From Lama guanicoe (Eukaryota): DNA of 64,000 bases. A program made the translations under genes and the position numbers. The notes under the pieces are model-generated. The model was not told the origin of the DNA and searched no databases. It worked only from the letters and a program-made list of their open reading frames with translations. Positions 63,041-64,000 of this stretch are shown here, piece by piece. The stretch is taken from NCBI GenBank assembly GCA_013239625.1, contig MU054187.1, positions 248,001 to 312,000 on the forward strand, given 5' to 3'. Position 1 is the stretch's first letter, and the number at the start of each line of letters is the position of its first letter.

Positions 63041-64000
63041 CTACACAAAACAAAGAAGAGTAAGAGTTAGTGCCAGACTCACGAGAGGAGGCTCCGACAC
63101 ACAGGCCGCTGCGGGGCGGGGTCAGACGGAGGGCGCACGGCTGGTAAACCCGCCCTCGTCTTCAGACTAGGACGCTCACGCCCGCCGCGGGATTCACGCT
63201 GCATTCTGACGAGCCAAGTCTTGGAAGATCACCAAGGATATTTCAACAGAATTCCCAGGTGCCATTTATTGCTTCCACCTCCACAAGGTAAAGATTCAGT
63301 CACAACCTGCTCTCTTAACAAGCAGACAGCACACTGGGTTGTACGTCAGGTCAACACCGCCTTTCTCCTTTTTTCTCCAAATCTAAGGTCCCCCTCGAAG
63401 GTGGACGGTGTCAGCAGCGAACAGGTTAGAGCCACGTGGAATGGCACAGATGAGGCCGCACTGCTGAGAGGCCGTCTGTATCACAACCCACATGCCCGAC
63501 TTGGCTCCGTGACTCTGTTTCCATTATTTTCACGGTCGGTAACACTGACGAGGGGCCTTAACGTGAAAATTCACCCCAGTGAGTGACCAGCTAACCCTCT
63601 GTTCACCCAGGGGCTAGCTCCCATTCTCTCGGGAGCGCTGCGGCATGTCTCATGCCCCCGGGATCTCCCGCTCCAGTCACGGACCTGCTCTGCGCTCCTC
63701 CCCGCCCCCTCCCGCCCAAGGGCCAGGCAAGGGAGCTGGTGCGAACCAGGTACTCGGTACCGCCCAGAGACGGAGGGGCGGCTGAGGCAGGAGGCTGCGC
63801 TGCGGCGTGAACGGGGCTCACGGTTAGGGTGGTGGGGGCCAGGAGGACACGTCCTCTCCCTCTCCCAGGGGCCTCCTCCTGGCTCTGAAGAACACACTCT
63901 GCTCCAGGCGGCCGAGTAAGGAAACCCCGGGGAAGCAACAAAGTGAACACAGGCAGGACTGTTTCGGCACCTGCCATTCCTGGGTCAGCCTGGGAGAAGG

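Noticed and set aside
1..64000. CRISPR arrays, rRNA, operons or foreign inserts
   Set aside because: None seen; the sequence is consistent with a mammalian syntenic locus throughout.

Overview
Mammalian genomic DNA, most likely a camelid (inferred from the tRNA-derived SINE family present). It covers the conserved SPIDR-CEBPD-PRKDC block. On + are the last four coding exons of SPIDR (10648-15929). On - are the intronless CEBPD gene (CDS 17480-18250, in a CpG island) and the last 18 coding exons of PRKDC/DNA-PKcs (63040 down to 44548; 941 aa covering the end of FAT, FRB, kinase and FATC). I checked every exon by hand for GT-AG boundaries and phase continuity; both partial genes splice in frame with no lesions. 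The ~25 kb between CEBPD and PRKDC and the SPIDR intron are mostly nested, degraded L1s, with SINEs and Tigger/hAT fossils. I found no new protein-coding system. The strongest leads are: patchy AT-to-GC rewriting of L1 fossils and of PRKDC coding sequence (candidate GC-biased gene conversion, including loss of the S3205-equivalent phosphosite); an inverted SINE pair around three PRKDC exons (circRNA/editing candidate); a SINE-donated poly(A) signal in the PRKDC 3' UTR; exon starts that rebuild 5' splice sites; and an orphan retroposed fragment inside an L1. Comparisons with human proteins and repeat consensus sequences are from memory and need alignment. Repeat boundaries are approximate.
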